A DNA stretch of 64,000 nucleotides from Lactobacillus sp. UBA5804 (GTDB taxonomy: Bacteria; Bacillota; Bacilli; Lactobacillales; Lactobacillaceae). How positions within the stretch are numbered: position 1 is the stretch's first letter; each line of letters opens with the position of its first letter. The position numbers and the translations under genes were made by a program. Below the pieces are notes generated by a model, which saw nothing but the letters and a program-made list of their open reading frames with translations, did not search any database and was not told the DNA's origin. The stretch lies in contig DIDI01000037.1 in NCBI GenBank assembly GCA_002418055.1, forward strand, positions 51,189 through 115,188. The letters run 5' to 3'. Positions 20,407 through 29,285 of the stretch are shown here, piece by piece.

Positions 20407-21465
20407 CTAATTACCACTAATTTGTTGTCCTGCAGCAATCCGTGCTTGCAAGTCACTAATGTGCCGTTTGATAAATGCGAGCGTGGTTGTTGGGACTAGC
20501 GTTTCAATAGTAGCCAAATCATTTTCCCGGATACAGCATCTTACCTGGGTTGCTGTGATATATCCCTGTTCCCCGACTTGCCGGCGGGTAATCACCTGCA
20601 TAGCCACTAATGGTGGCAGTTCACGCACTAATACTTGATTGTAGATGTTAGTGGTATGTGAAAGTGGTTCAGAGCCAACGTATCTCGTCTTAATATTTAA
20701 GGCTGGTGCAATCACATCACGAAAAATCCGAGCATCTAATTCAGTTTGATAGGCAATTTCATCATCTGGGGTTTTAAGAAAATAGGCCGGAAAGGTTGCG
20801 TAGCTAACCATATAGTCACCACCATTGATCACCACTACATTCGTTAAATCCGCTACTCCAGCTTGTACGAGCCTCATTCGTTCGACCGTCGTAAATAGCG
20901 AAGTATCAGTGTTTACCACAAAAAGATAAACCAAATCGTTCGCCTTAGCGGCTTGTTCAACTAAGTAACGGTGTCCGAGGGTAAAGGGGTTGGCATTCAT
21001 GACAATGCCTGCTACCTTCTTCTCGGCTTGCTGCGGGATACGCGGAATGGCACTTAAATAGTCATGGACATCCGGTGTACCATTTTCCAAAAAAGCACCA
21101 TAATCTGATCGCGCCAGTGCCTTAAATCCGGCATGTTCAAAGGAACTAACATATCTTAGTTTAGTAAAAACAAACAGATGATAAACACCTCGCTGAAACT
21201 GGCGACTGATTAGTTCACTGACTAACTGCGCAAAGCGGGCGCCAGAAACAGCCCCTTTGTTGCAAACGGCAATATATTTAAGCACATTCCCAGCCACTGA
21301 TCCAGTCGCCACTAATTTACCATCGTGCTTGAGGCCCACCGTAAAATCAATTTGTTTGATTTCTTTATCTGAAAAATTATGAATACCAAGTGATGTCAGA
21401 AAATCAGTCCACATCCGCTTGCCACTAGGCCGCCCCAAGTAGAGGTCAATTATTTCATCATCCAT
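20407..21465 (-). CDS. citC: [Citrate (pro-3S)-lyase] ligase
   Basis: N-terminal GNAT-like region, IVMNANPFTLGH, SYATFPAYFLK, RYVGSEP. Confidence 0.95.
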   Translation of the reverse strand: MDDEIIDLYLGRPSGKRMWTDFLTSLGIHNFSDKEIKQIDFTVGLKHDGKLVATGSVAGNVLKYIAVCNKGAVSGARFAQLVSELISRQFQRGVYHLFVFTKLRYVSSFEHAGFKALARSDYGAFLENGTPDVHDYLSAIPRIPQQAEKKVAGIVMNANPFTLGHRYLVEQAAKANDLVYLFVVNTDTSLFTTVERMRLVQAGVADLTNVVVINGGDYMVSYATFPAYFLKTPDDEIAYQTELDARIFRDVIAPALNIKTRYVGSEPLSHTTNIYNQVLVRELPPLVAMQVITRRQVGEQGYITATQVRCCIRENDLATIETLVPTTTLAFIKRHISDLQARIAAGQQISGN

Positions 21466-21498
21466 AGTTTGTTTCCTTTCGCTGTTACTTGCTTAGTA

Positions 21499-21527
21499 AC
21501 ACTACACCACGCTAATGCCTGTGGCAA
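21499..21527 (-). promoter_or_regulatory. Putative promoter of the citC-hydrolase unit
   Basis: TTGCCA-17-TAGTGT on minus strand, downstream of the DASS terminator. Confidence 0.5.
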
Positions 21528-21539
21528 TTTTAACCAGCT

Positions 21540-21569
21540 AAAAAGGCTGGAACTATGTCCCAACCTTTT
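21540..21569 (-). terminator. Intrinsic terminator after the DASS transporter
   Basis: Minus strand AAAAGGTTGGGAC-ATA-GTTCCAGCCTTTTT. Confidence 0.7.
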
Positions 21570-21578
21570 CGTTACTAA

Positions 21579-23057
21579 TTACCATAAACCAATAATTTTA
21601 AGCCAAATCGATCCGAGACCGAAGAAGATAATCATATAAACCAAACCTAAGATGAAACTACTCTTCCACCATTCCTTTTGGTCAACATAACCACTGGCCG
21701 CTAAAATGGAGGCTGGTCCATTGGCATAATGCGTGGTTGAGCTCATGATAGCCGAGTCAAATGCCAGTAACATTGCTGCTAAAGCTAATGGCGCACCAGA
21801 GGCAACTGCCACTGCCAAGAATGGCAAGTATAAAGCCGTCACATGAGCGGTACCACTGGCAAAGAAGTAATGCGCATAGAAGTAAACGACTAGTAAAATC
21901 ACTAATACTAAGCCCCATGGCATCCCATGTAAGTCCGAACTAATAGTTTTAGCGAACCAACCGATAAAGCCGTAAGTCGTCAGCTTATTCGCCATAAAGA
22001 CTAAGACGGATAACCAAATCAAAATATTCCAAGCGCCACCAACACCCAGAACATCCTTCATGCTCAAAACGCGGGTAACGAGCAAAATTGTCACGGCAAT
22101 GAAGGCCACAAAAGTTGAACTAAATTGTGGTAGTTTAGCAAAGAATGGAAATCCTGATAAGATCCACATGACAATGGCAAGTAAGAATGTCCCTGTCATG
22201 ATTTTTTCAGAAACGCTCATGGCGCCCATCTTATCTAACTCACCTTGTGCCCAAGAATTGGCATTAGGTGTTTCTTTAATTTCAGGTGGAAACATTTTAT
22301 AGACAATAATAGGAATAATGATAGCTCCTACTAATACTGGAATTAAAGCGGCCAAGAACCAACTTACCCAAGTAATGGTGTAACCTTTTTGTTGCGCCCC
22401 TGCAACGGCAACTAAGTTAGGAGCTGCGCCCGTAATAAACAAAGCTGTCGATAACGTATTGGCCTGAAAAGCTACAAAATCAAGGAAAGCACCAATTTTT
22501 TTACGTGACGGATCATTTGGTTGAGAACCGTAAGTGGTTGAAATTGACTTTACCACAGGATATACGATTCCACCGGTCCGGGCCGAATTAGACGGAACCA
22601 AGGCACCCAAGACTAATTCCAGGCCAGTAATTGAATAGGCAATTCCAAGTGATCGTTTACCAAATAATTTAATCATGTGGTACGCAATCCGATTACCAAG
22701 TCCAGTTTTAGTAATTCCGTAAGCCATGATAAAAGCCATGGCAATCAACCAAGAGGCGTCATTGCCAAAAGCACTTAAAATCCCTTGATTCGTAACGGCG
22801 CCGGTCTTCAGATCAACGACATCTTTCACTGGCGCAAGTCCCAGTAAGACAGTAACGACTAGTCCAGTTAAGGTAACTGCGCCAATTGGTAACGGCTTGC
22901 TAATGCAGGCCACAATGGTCGCAACAAAAACGGCAAACATCTGCCAACTTGCGGCTGACAAGCCTGCAGGTCTAATTGGCGTTAGGCAATATAGGATAAT
23001 CCCAACCAGGATTGGTGCCACCCAACCACTTAAGTTTGCCTTTTGTACATGTTTCAT
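21579..23057 (-). CDS. DASS-family di/tricarboxylate carrier (CitT/TtdT-like antiporter)
   Basis: Highly hydrophobic, 492 aa; KTGLGNRIA, PSNSARTGG, HYFFASGTAH, THYANGP, GYVDQKEWW. Confidence 0.88.
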   Translation of the reverse strand: MKHVQKANLSGWVAPILVGIILYCLTPIRPAGLSAASWQMFAVFVATIVACISKPLPIGAVTLTGLVVTVLLGLAPVKDVVDLKTGAVTNQGILSAFGNDASWLIAMAFIMAYGITKTGLGNRIAYHMIKLFGKRSLGIAYSITGLELVLGALVPSNSARTGGIVYPVVKSISTTYGSQPNDPSRKKIGAFLDFVAFQANTLSTALFITGAAPNLVAVAGAQQKGYTITWVSWFLAALIPVLVGAIIIPIIVYKMFPPEIKETPNANSWAQGELDKMGAMSVSEKIMTGTFLLAIVMWILSGFPFFAKLPQFSSTFVAFIAVTILLVTRVLSMKDVLGVGGAWNILIWLSVLVFMANKLTTYGFIGWFAKTISSDLHGMPWGLVLVILLVVYFYAHYFFASGTAHVTALYLPFLAVAVASGAPLALAAMLLAFDSAIMSSTTHYANGPASILAASGYVDQKEWWKSSFILGLVYMIIFFGLGSIWLKIIGLW

Positions 23058-23090
23058 GTTTTCTCCCTAAAACTTCATAAAAATGAAGTA

Positions 23091-24020
23091 TTAATCGATG
23101 TTAACCCCTGACAGGACTTCTTGCATCTTGTCAGCTGAGGTTAACATTTTCTGATGCTCGTTCTCAGATAACTTAGCTTCAATGACATGAGCAATCCCAG
23201 TGCCATTGATGACAGTTGGTGTCCCCAAGTAGAGATCAGATTTAATGCCATATTCCCCATTAATTGGTGCTGAGAGTGGTAACACAATCTCACGATTAGT
23301 CAGAATCGCACTAACAATCTGGGCTAGCATCATCGCGACACCATAGAAAGTCGCACGCTTTTTAGCGATAATTTTGCCGCCCTTAGCACGCACATCTTTT
23401 TCAAGTTTTGCTAGTACTGGCGCGGTCATGCTAGGGTAAGTCTTCAATGCTTTGCCGCCAACAACGGCTTCGTCAAAGTTCTCAAAGCTGGTATCTCCAT
23501 GTTCACCTAAGACATAGGCATTAACAGCACTCACTGAAACGGCAAGTTTTTTAGCCAAAGCGACTTGCAAACGAGCTGAATCAAGCGAGGTGCCGGTCCC
23601 AATTACCCGACTCTTAGGAAATCCAGATAATTTCTGGGTTAAAGTCGTTAAAATATCAACCGGATTAGCAGAAACCACGAAAATCCCTTTAAAACCGGAT
23701 GCGACTACAGGACTAACGATACTCTTCAAAATATTAACATTCTTGTTCACGAGATCGAGTCTTGATTCACCTGGTTTACGTGGAATACCAGCCGTAATAA
23801 CCACAACATCGGCATCTTTAGCGTCAGCATATTCACCAGCATGAATATTAGTGTGACCAGTGAATGGTGTAATGTCTTCAAGATCTAAGCTGTCACCAAC
23901 CGGACGCTCCTTCACCACATCACAGATGACTAATTCATCAACCTGCGTAGTTTGTAACAAGTCGTTAGCAAACGTTGAACCAACTGATCCATCTCCAACG
24001 AGTAAAACTTTGTTTGTCAT
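23091..24020 (-). CDS. LDH/MDH-fold 2-hydroxyacid dehydrogenase, probable malate dehydrogenase
   Basis: GDGSVG, AGIPRKPGESRLDL (Arg at the specificity position), LDSAR, GEHGD. Confidence 0.8.
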   Translation of the reverse strand: MTNKVLLVGDGSVGSTFANDLLQTTQVDELVICDVVKERPVGDSLDLEDITPFTGHTNIHAGEYADAKDADVVVITAGIPRKPGESRLDLVNKNVNILKSIVSPVVASGFKGIFVVSANPVDILTTLTQKLSGFPKSRVIGTGTSLDSARLQVALAKKLAVSVSAVNAYVLGEHGDTSFENFDEAVVGGKALKTYPSMTAPVLAKLEKDVRAKGGKIIAKKRATFYGVAMMLAQIVSAILTNREIVLPLSAPINGEYGIKSDLYLGTPTVINGTGIAHVIEAKLSENEHQKMLTSADKMQEVLSGVNID

Positions 24021-24064
24021 ATAAATTCCCTTTCAAGCAAACCTTTATAATATTTACACAAGGT

Positions 24065-24108
24065 ATTATACACTAAGCGCTTACAGTTTTCTATTTTTTC
24101 AAAAAAAT
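24065..24108 (-). promoter_or_regulatory. Promoter of the mdh-DASS unit with cre-like site and T/A-tract inverted repeat
   Basis: TAGAAA-17-TATAAT; TGTAAGCGCTTAGT (24072-24085) in the spacer; ATTTTTT-CA-AAAAAAT at 24093-24108. Confidence 0.6.
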
Positions 24109-24229
24109 ATTTTTATTTTAAAATTTTGAAATAAATTATCCTAAAATCCACATAAACCCAGTAAAATCAGTTGTGAAATGTTTGGCAATATCAACCATTA
24201 TACTTTGCGATTAACTGCTGATTGGTATC

Positions 24230-24261
24230 AAAAAAGGGATTACGCAATATCCGAAATCCCT
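24230..24261 (-). terminator. Terminator after the Ldh_2-family gene
   Basis: Minus strand AGGGATT...AATCCCTTTTTT. Confidence 0.65.
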
Positions 24262-24277
24262 AGTTAAATCTACCATA

Positions 24278-25414
24278 TTAATAGTTATTATTAAACATTC
24301 CATCACTCTTTGGTGGTTGATAATCACCAAAGTAACGTGTTGGATCCAGCTTTAAGTAATGACACAAATCGTAAATTTCAGTCATCGTCTTATCAATCAC
24401 TGGAATGCCATTTTGCTTACGGTCGGCGACAAAACCATATTCAGGCTCGCCATGCGTATAAATCCGCTTCTGCCCTTTTGCTTTCGGCGAATCACGCAAT
24501 GCTTGTAAGTACTTGGACATATGTTTGATAATCGCATCCTTGTCCCCAAAGGCAGCCAAATTAATCGCCATAAAGCCATGTGAAATACCGGATTTATTGT
24601 TCATCATCGTTTGGTCAGAAGTCGTTCCGAGCGATAGAATGGAAGAAAAAATTTCAGCTACCATGGCATTCCCATAGCCTTTATGAGAACCATGAGCTTT
24701 ATCACTACCACCTAATGGCAAAATACCCCCACCTGCTTTTTGGGTGATATTCGCTAACACCTCAGCTGCATTGTTACTTTCAACACCGTCAGCATCTAGC
24801 GCCCAGCCGTCAGGAATGGGTTCAGCCATTTTATTATACATTTCAAGCTTCCCACGGGTCACCACGGACGTAGAACCATCGAAGAAGAAGTAATACGGAT
24901 CGGCTGGCATACACCAAGCCTGCGGATTAGTCCCAATCATGGCTTTTTTACCATAAGTAGGCACCACGATGGCTTCAGAATTGGTTACTGAAAAGCCGAG
25001 CATTCCAGCTTCAGCTGCCATCCGAGCATAGTAGCCGGCAATGCCATAATGATTAGAGTTGCGGACAGTTACAATCCCAACCCCAATTTTCTTGGCCTTT
25101 TCAATGGCCAAATTCATGGCAAAATGCCCGTTTAATTGTCCCATCCCGTCATGACCATCAACGACAGCCGAAACAGGCGTGTCAAAGATCACCTCAGGTT
25201 CGGCTGCAACTTTCATGGTACCTTTTTGAATGCCCTTATAATAGCGCACCATTCGCTGCATCCCATGACTTTGAATACCATACAAGTCAGCTGTCAACAA
25301 CACATCTGTGATGATTTTGGCCTTGGCTTCAGTAAAACCAAATTTTTGAAATGCATCCATGCACAATTGATTTAGTTGTGCGTATGAAAATCGAACTTTT
25401 CTCTCTGACACCAC
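24278..25414 (-). CDS. Ldh_2-family (ComC/AllD-type) malate/L-2-hydroxyacid dehydrogenase
   Basis: ADLYGIQSHG, RNSNHYGIAGYY, GTNP, RGKLE, HKGYG. Confidence 0.88.
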   Translation of the reverse strand: MVSERKVRFSYAQLNQLCMDAFQKFGFTEAKAKIITDVLLTADLYGIQSHGMQRMVRYYKGIQKGTMKVAAEPEVIFDTPVSAVVDGHDGMGQLNGHFAMNLAIEKAKKIGVGIVTVRNSNHYGIAGYYARMAAEAGMLGFSVTNSEAIVVPTYGKKAMIGTNPQAWCMPADPYYFFFDGSTSVVTRGKLEMYNKMAEPIPDGWALDADGVESNNAAEVLANITQKAGGGILPLGGSDKAHGSHKGYGNAMVAEIFSSILSLGTTSDQTMMNNKSGISHGFMAINLAAFGDKDAIIKHMSKYLQALRDSPKAKGQKRIYTHGEPEYGFVADRKQNGIPVIDKTMTEIYDLCHYLKLDPTRYFGDYQPPKSDGMFNNNY

Positions 25415-25453
25415 AAATACCTCTTTTTCAAAATCGATTAATTGAATGAGCTA

Positions 25454-25482
25454 ATCGTAGCATTACTTTTTAAAAAGTTCAA
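25454..25482 (-). promoter_or_regulatory. Promoter of the Ldh_2 gene with palindrome in the spacer
   Basis: TTGAAC-17-TACGAT with extended TG; perfect 14-bp palindrome ACTTTTTAAAAAGT at 25465-25478. Confidence 0.65.
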
Positions 25483-25497
25483 ATTTATATATGTTTT

Positions 25498-26052
25498 TTA
25501 ACTTTTGTTAAATAGTCTAGCTGCCAATAGCTGTGAAATATAATTCTGTAATTCTGTCACAGTATGGCGTCGGCTGCGACTACAATCTTTCGCATTTCGC
25601 GCACATAGTAAACACTGTCTTGCGGGTGCTCCTAAGCGTGTTCGTGATAAATCAACTACGTCATCCCCTTGCTTAAAATGCACATCCAAATCAAATAGGC
25701 GTCTATCAGGGCGCCTACTTTCGAAGACAATTGCTAACGATTTAACCTGCTTGGCTGGTCCCGCAACTAGTAAAATTTCTTCGGGACCAGTTGCTGCTTG
25801 TCCCCAATCATGCACCATTTGAATTGGAAATTGTTGAGCGACTTGCGCTTTAAACAGGCAAATTTCTTGTTCAAAGTACTGGCGAATAGCTGGGCTCGTC
25901 TTAATCGGTCCCGGAATATTTAATTTTGCGCCAATCACGACTTGTTGTGGATATTCTTTCGCCAGCTGCCACTGCACCGAAACCCGGCGATCACGATTTG
26001 CTAAAACCAAAGGGATATCTACGTTTGGACCACCTGAAAAAATATTCATCAT
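25498..26052 (-). CDS. citX: Apo-citrate lyase phosphoribosyl-dephospho-CoA transferase
   Basis: LNIPGPIK, TGPE, RRLFDLDV, RQCLLC...CSRSRRH. Confidence 0.93.
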   Translation of the reverse strand: MMNIFSGGPNVDIPLVLANRDRRVSVQWQLAKEYPQQVVIGAKLNIPGPIKTSPAIRQYFEQEICLFKAQVAQQFPIQMVHDWGQAATGPEEILLVAGPAKQVKSLAIVFESRRPDRRLFDLDVHFKQGDDVVDLSRTRLGAPARQCLLCARNAKDCSRSRRHTVTELQNYISQLLAARLFNKS

Positions 26053-26123
26053 TATCCATCCTTTATCTGCTTACTGCTTGCTTTAATTTTAGTGGTCGTT
26101 ATCTGACAGTGCAAGTTCAAACT

Positions 26124-26159
26124 AAAAACAGGTGTGCGATGAACTAGCACACCTGTTTT
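26124..26159. terminator. Terminator after the nitroreductase
   Basis: AAAACAGGTGTGC-loop-GCACACCTGTTTT. Confidence 0.85.
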
Positions 26160-26173
26160 GGTAAATGAAGCGT

Positions 26174-26815
26174 TTATTGATAATCCACTGATTCGCCAAT
26201 ATCATACCGACTCGTCCTCATCGCAACTGGCGCCTTGGCTGACTTACCAATCGCAACCGCCATCACTGGGACAAATTGCTCTGGATCTAGCCCGACGCTT
26301 TCAGCTGCCTTGCTAGCATCATAACCAGCAATGGCATTAGTATCATAACCATGGGCTTGTGCAATCAACATGAATTGCATCGCAGCCAATGAAGTATCAA
26401 TCGTGGCATCTGTCTTTAGCATCGCTTCAGATGCATGTTCATAAAGTGGCATAAAGGTGTTCAGGGCAGCCTCCATTGCTTCCTTAGTTACTTTTTTAGC
26501 CTTATACATCCCCTGCCACAGCTTGCGATACTTCTTATAAGCTAGCTTATTACCAAAGAAGAGCACCACTGCAGCACTCGTATCAACTTGCGGGAAGTTA
26601 AAAGGCATAAAGTAGTGTCGCAGCTTTTCCTTACCAGCCGGCGTATCAACTACGATAAATTTCCAAGCTTGTAAATTACAAGCTGATGGTGCCGTAATCG
26701 CCATTTTTAACATGGCCGTCATTTCGTCACGACTAATTTTAACCTTCGGGTCAAATTCACGAATCGATTGCCGCTTCGTCATCACAGTTTCAATCTCTTG
26801 GGGCATGGTAATCAC
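26174..26815 (-). CDS. Nitroreductase-family flavoprotein
   Basis: RQSIREF, APSACNLQAWKFIVV, MLIAQAHGYDT. Confidence 0.92.
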   Translation of the reverse strand: MITMPQEIETVMTKRQSIREFDPKVKISRDEMTAMLKMAITAPSACNLQAWKFIVVDTPAGKEKLRHYFMPFNFPQVDTSAAVVLFFGNKLAYKKYRKLWQGMYKAKKVTKEAMEAALNTFMPLYEHASEAMLKTDATIDTSLAAMQFMLIAQAHGYDTNAIAGYDASKAAESVGLDPEQFVPVMAVAIGKSAKAPVAMRTSRYDIGESVDYQ

Positions 26816-26828
26816 TCCTTTTAATAAA

Positions 26829-26842
26829 TGCTACCGCTTTCA
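26829..26842 (-). promoter_or_regulatory. cre-like (CcpA) site upstream of the nitroreductase
   Basis: TGAAAGCGGTAGCA on minus strand, one mismatch to TGWNANCGNTNWCA, between TATAAT (26853-26858) and the RBS. Confidence 0.55.
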
Positions 26843-26906
26843 TATCATCTATATTATAAACATTGGCGCTGATAACTGCAACTAAGCTGGCTAACCTTAA
26901 AGTAAC

Positions 26907-27866
26907 TTAACTTTCGCGATTACGTAGTTTCAGTCCAGTAATGAAATACGCCAAATTACCTAAGATTAGGTTAAGTAAAAATAAGCTGGCTAAGAGTACC
27001 ATGGCACTATAAAAGGCATGGAAGCTTAAAAAGAAATAGCTGATTATCGTTAATAGCACCGTCAGTAAACCGAAGCGCATACCAGCCCGCACGAAATATT
27101 GCCAACGGTTCTGAGGTGACCGTCCCAAGCGTTTGCTGCGACGCCAATTCTGGTTAGCCAGCCAATAATGAACTGCTAGCCCTAACAATACCAGTACTGC
27201 AATGACCATAAATTCTCCGGCAAAGGACCAGCGATGGTGGTGGTGTGCTTTCACGAAAGCAGGACTGGTCACTTTAGCATGATATTGCTTAGCAATTTTA
27301 CTAATAACGCGATTGCTACTATCAATCAGAACGCGATAATTTGCAATCGGCGTTTTGCCGGTAGGCTGATCAACTCCAGTCGATAGAAAATATTGATTGG
27401 CACTGACGGCTTTTAAAGGCTTCAATTGACCAATGACCGCATAATAGGTTCGTCCGACAATTAAATACTTGTTCCCCTGTACTTCTTTCGTATTTAAGCG
27501 AGACCCATACTCAACGACGGCGAAGCTAACCATGCCTTGGAAATCATCACTGGTAAAATAATGCCCCACATAAGTAGGCATACTCGTCACACTCTGATTC
27601 GACCAGACTAATACTTGTCCGCGCTCATATTGGTTTTCAAGATGGACTTGAATGGCCGTTCGGTATGGCTTTAGCGTTCGTAGAAAGCTGCTAACCGATT
27701 TACGGCTTGACAGCTTCAAGTAGCGAGAGTTATTGCTCAAGCCATGTGCCTCGAGCAGATCATCTGCTAGTCGTGATTGAATATTTGAGAGCATAATACC
27801 TTGAATAAGCAAAGAAACTAACAGCATCAATAATAATAGATATTTTTGGTATTTGGACTTAATCAT
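26907..27866 (-). CDS. Hypothetical membrane protein (one N-terminal TM, large external domain, three C-terminal TMs; ABC-permease-like topology)
   Basis: Hydrophobicity pattern only; overlaps the stop of the upstream gene. Confidence 0.6.
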   Translation of the reverse strand: MIKSKYQKYLLLLMLLVSLLIQGIMLSNIQSRLADDLLEAHGLSNNSRYLKLSSRKSVSSFLRTLKPYRTAIQVHLENQYERGQVLVWSNQSVTSMPTYVGHYFTSDDFQGMVSFAVVEYGSRLNTKEVQGNKYLIVGRTYYAVIGQLKPLKAVSANQYFLSTGVDQPTGKTPIANYRVLIDSSNRVISKIAKQYHAKVTSPAFVKAHHHHRWSFAGEFMVIAVLVLLGLAVHYWLANQNWRRSKRLGRSPQNRWQYFVRAGMRFGLLTVLLTIISYFFLSFHAFYSAMVLLASLFLLNLILGNLAYFITGLKLRNRES

Positions 27867-28594
27867 CTTTTAACCTGTAATATTTCTTCGTCAATAAAGT
27901 CATAACTCATGAATTGCGTATTAATGTCCCACAATGCACTAAAGTCGACTAACTCAGCTTGCTGCCAAAACATGGTGGTATTAGTCGCGCCACTACGATC
28001 ACCTACAAAGAGTAATTGCGCATGATCAGTGTAACGCCGAACGGCTTTAATTAAAGCCATATCGGCATGTCCAAAATTGGGTGACCAGGAACAAAAGACT
28101 AAGTCAACCATCGGATAATTTTTTACAGCTACTAGTGCCGATAAATCTTGCACCGGAAAGAATGGCTGGCTTCCCGTCTTTGACGTCTTAGCCCACTCTA
28201 ATGAATCTGTGGCAATGGTCTTTAGTCCTACAGCATCAAACGCCTTGGACCAATATGCATTTCCCGCCATCACTTCTAAGACACTAGTTGCATTAAAATG
28301 TTGTCTGATCGCCTGGGCAGCTGCTATATTGGGCAGCGACCAAATCCCATATTGGATTGATAGATATTGTCTTAAACTATTCAATAGCTGCTGTGCCACT
28401 TTTAATTTTTCCTGCTGCGGCATTGTTAACCGTTGCGCTGGTCGAATACCACCAAGCGGTCTTGGTGCCCGATTCAACACAACTTTTTGGTCAACCGCCT
28501 GCACAACACGGCGCACATCCAGTACCTGGGTATGTAACGCTGGCAACTGCAGTGCTTGGTCTAATTCGGTTAATTTTCTCATAAAATCTGTCAT
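27863..28594 (-). CDS. Putative SAM-dependent methyltransferase
   Basis: VLEVMAGNAYW (motif I-like), IATDS, FCSWSP. Confidence 0.7.
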   Translation of the reverse strand: MTDFMRKLTELDQALQLPALHTQVLDVRRVVQAVDQKVVLNRAPRPLGGIRPAQRLTMPQQEKLKVAQQLLNSLRQYLSIQYGIWSLPNIAAAQAIRQHFNATSVLEVMAGNAYWSKAFDAVGLKTIATDSLEWAKTSKTGSQPFFPVQDLSALVAVKNYPMVDLVFCSWSPNFGHADMALIKAVRRYTDHAQLLFVGDRSGATNTTMFWQQAELVDFSALWDINTQFMSYDFIDEEILQVKR

Positions 28595-28679
28595 TTGTAT
28601 TACACCTTAAGAATGATTTTACCATGCAAAAGCCACTTAATCAGTTATAATTGAGATTGTAAGATAAAGGAGTGAAGTC

Positions 28680-29243
28680 ATGACAAAGAAAAAAATAGCA
28701 CGGACTGAGGAGCCAGAGAGCTTTGGCAAGTCAGTTTTACAAGTTCTGGGAATGACAGCCGTTATATTGGTAATTTGGTACTTTGTCTTTTCGTTAGTAC
28801 TTTCAAATGATCGTGTGTTTGGTCCTTCGATGCAACCTACCTTTGAAAAAGATGATCGCTTAATTTCCATTCGGCAGTTTACCCCTGCACGCAATGATAT
28901 CGTCGTCTTAAAAGCACCAGATGCCCCTAACGCGTTATACATTAAACGGATTGTAGGGTTGCCAGGTGACCGGATTGTCGCCAAGAATGACCGGATGTAC
29001 ATTAATGGTAAGCTTTACCCTGAGCCATATCTTAACAATCATTTCAAACAGGCTGATCGTGCCACTGGTAAAAATTATACCTTTAATTTTAAGGTCACAG
29101 TTCCTAAAGGTTATTATTGGGTCATGGGCGATCATCGTGATATCTCTAACGATTCACGCTACTTTGGTCCAGTTAAACGAAGTAGCTTGCTTAGTCAAGT
29201 GAAATTAAGGTATTGGCCAATCACGCAAATTGCTTTCTTTTAA
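28680..29243 (+). CDS. lepB: Signal peptidase I
   Basis: TM anchor, GPSMQPT (Ser), YIKRIVGLPGD (Lys), GDHRDISNDSRYFG. Confidence 0.95.
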   Translation: MTKKKIARTEEPESFGKSVLQVLGMTAVILVIWYFVFSLVLSNDRVFGPSMQPTFEKDDRLISIRQFTPARNDIVVLKAPDAPNALYIKRIVGLPGDRIVAKNDRMYINGKLYPEPYLNNHFKQADRATGKNYTFNFKVTVPKGYYWVMGDHRDISNDSRYFGPVKRSSLLSQVKLRYWPITQIAFF

Positions 29244-29285
29244 CCCATTTGGAACATACCAGCAATAAAACTAAGGAGCTCAATT

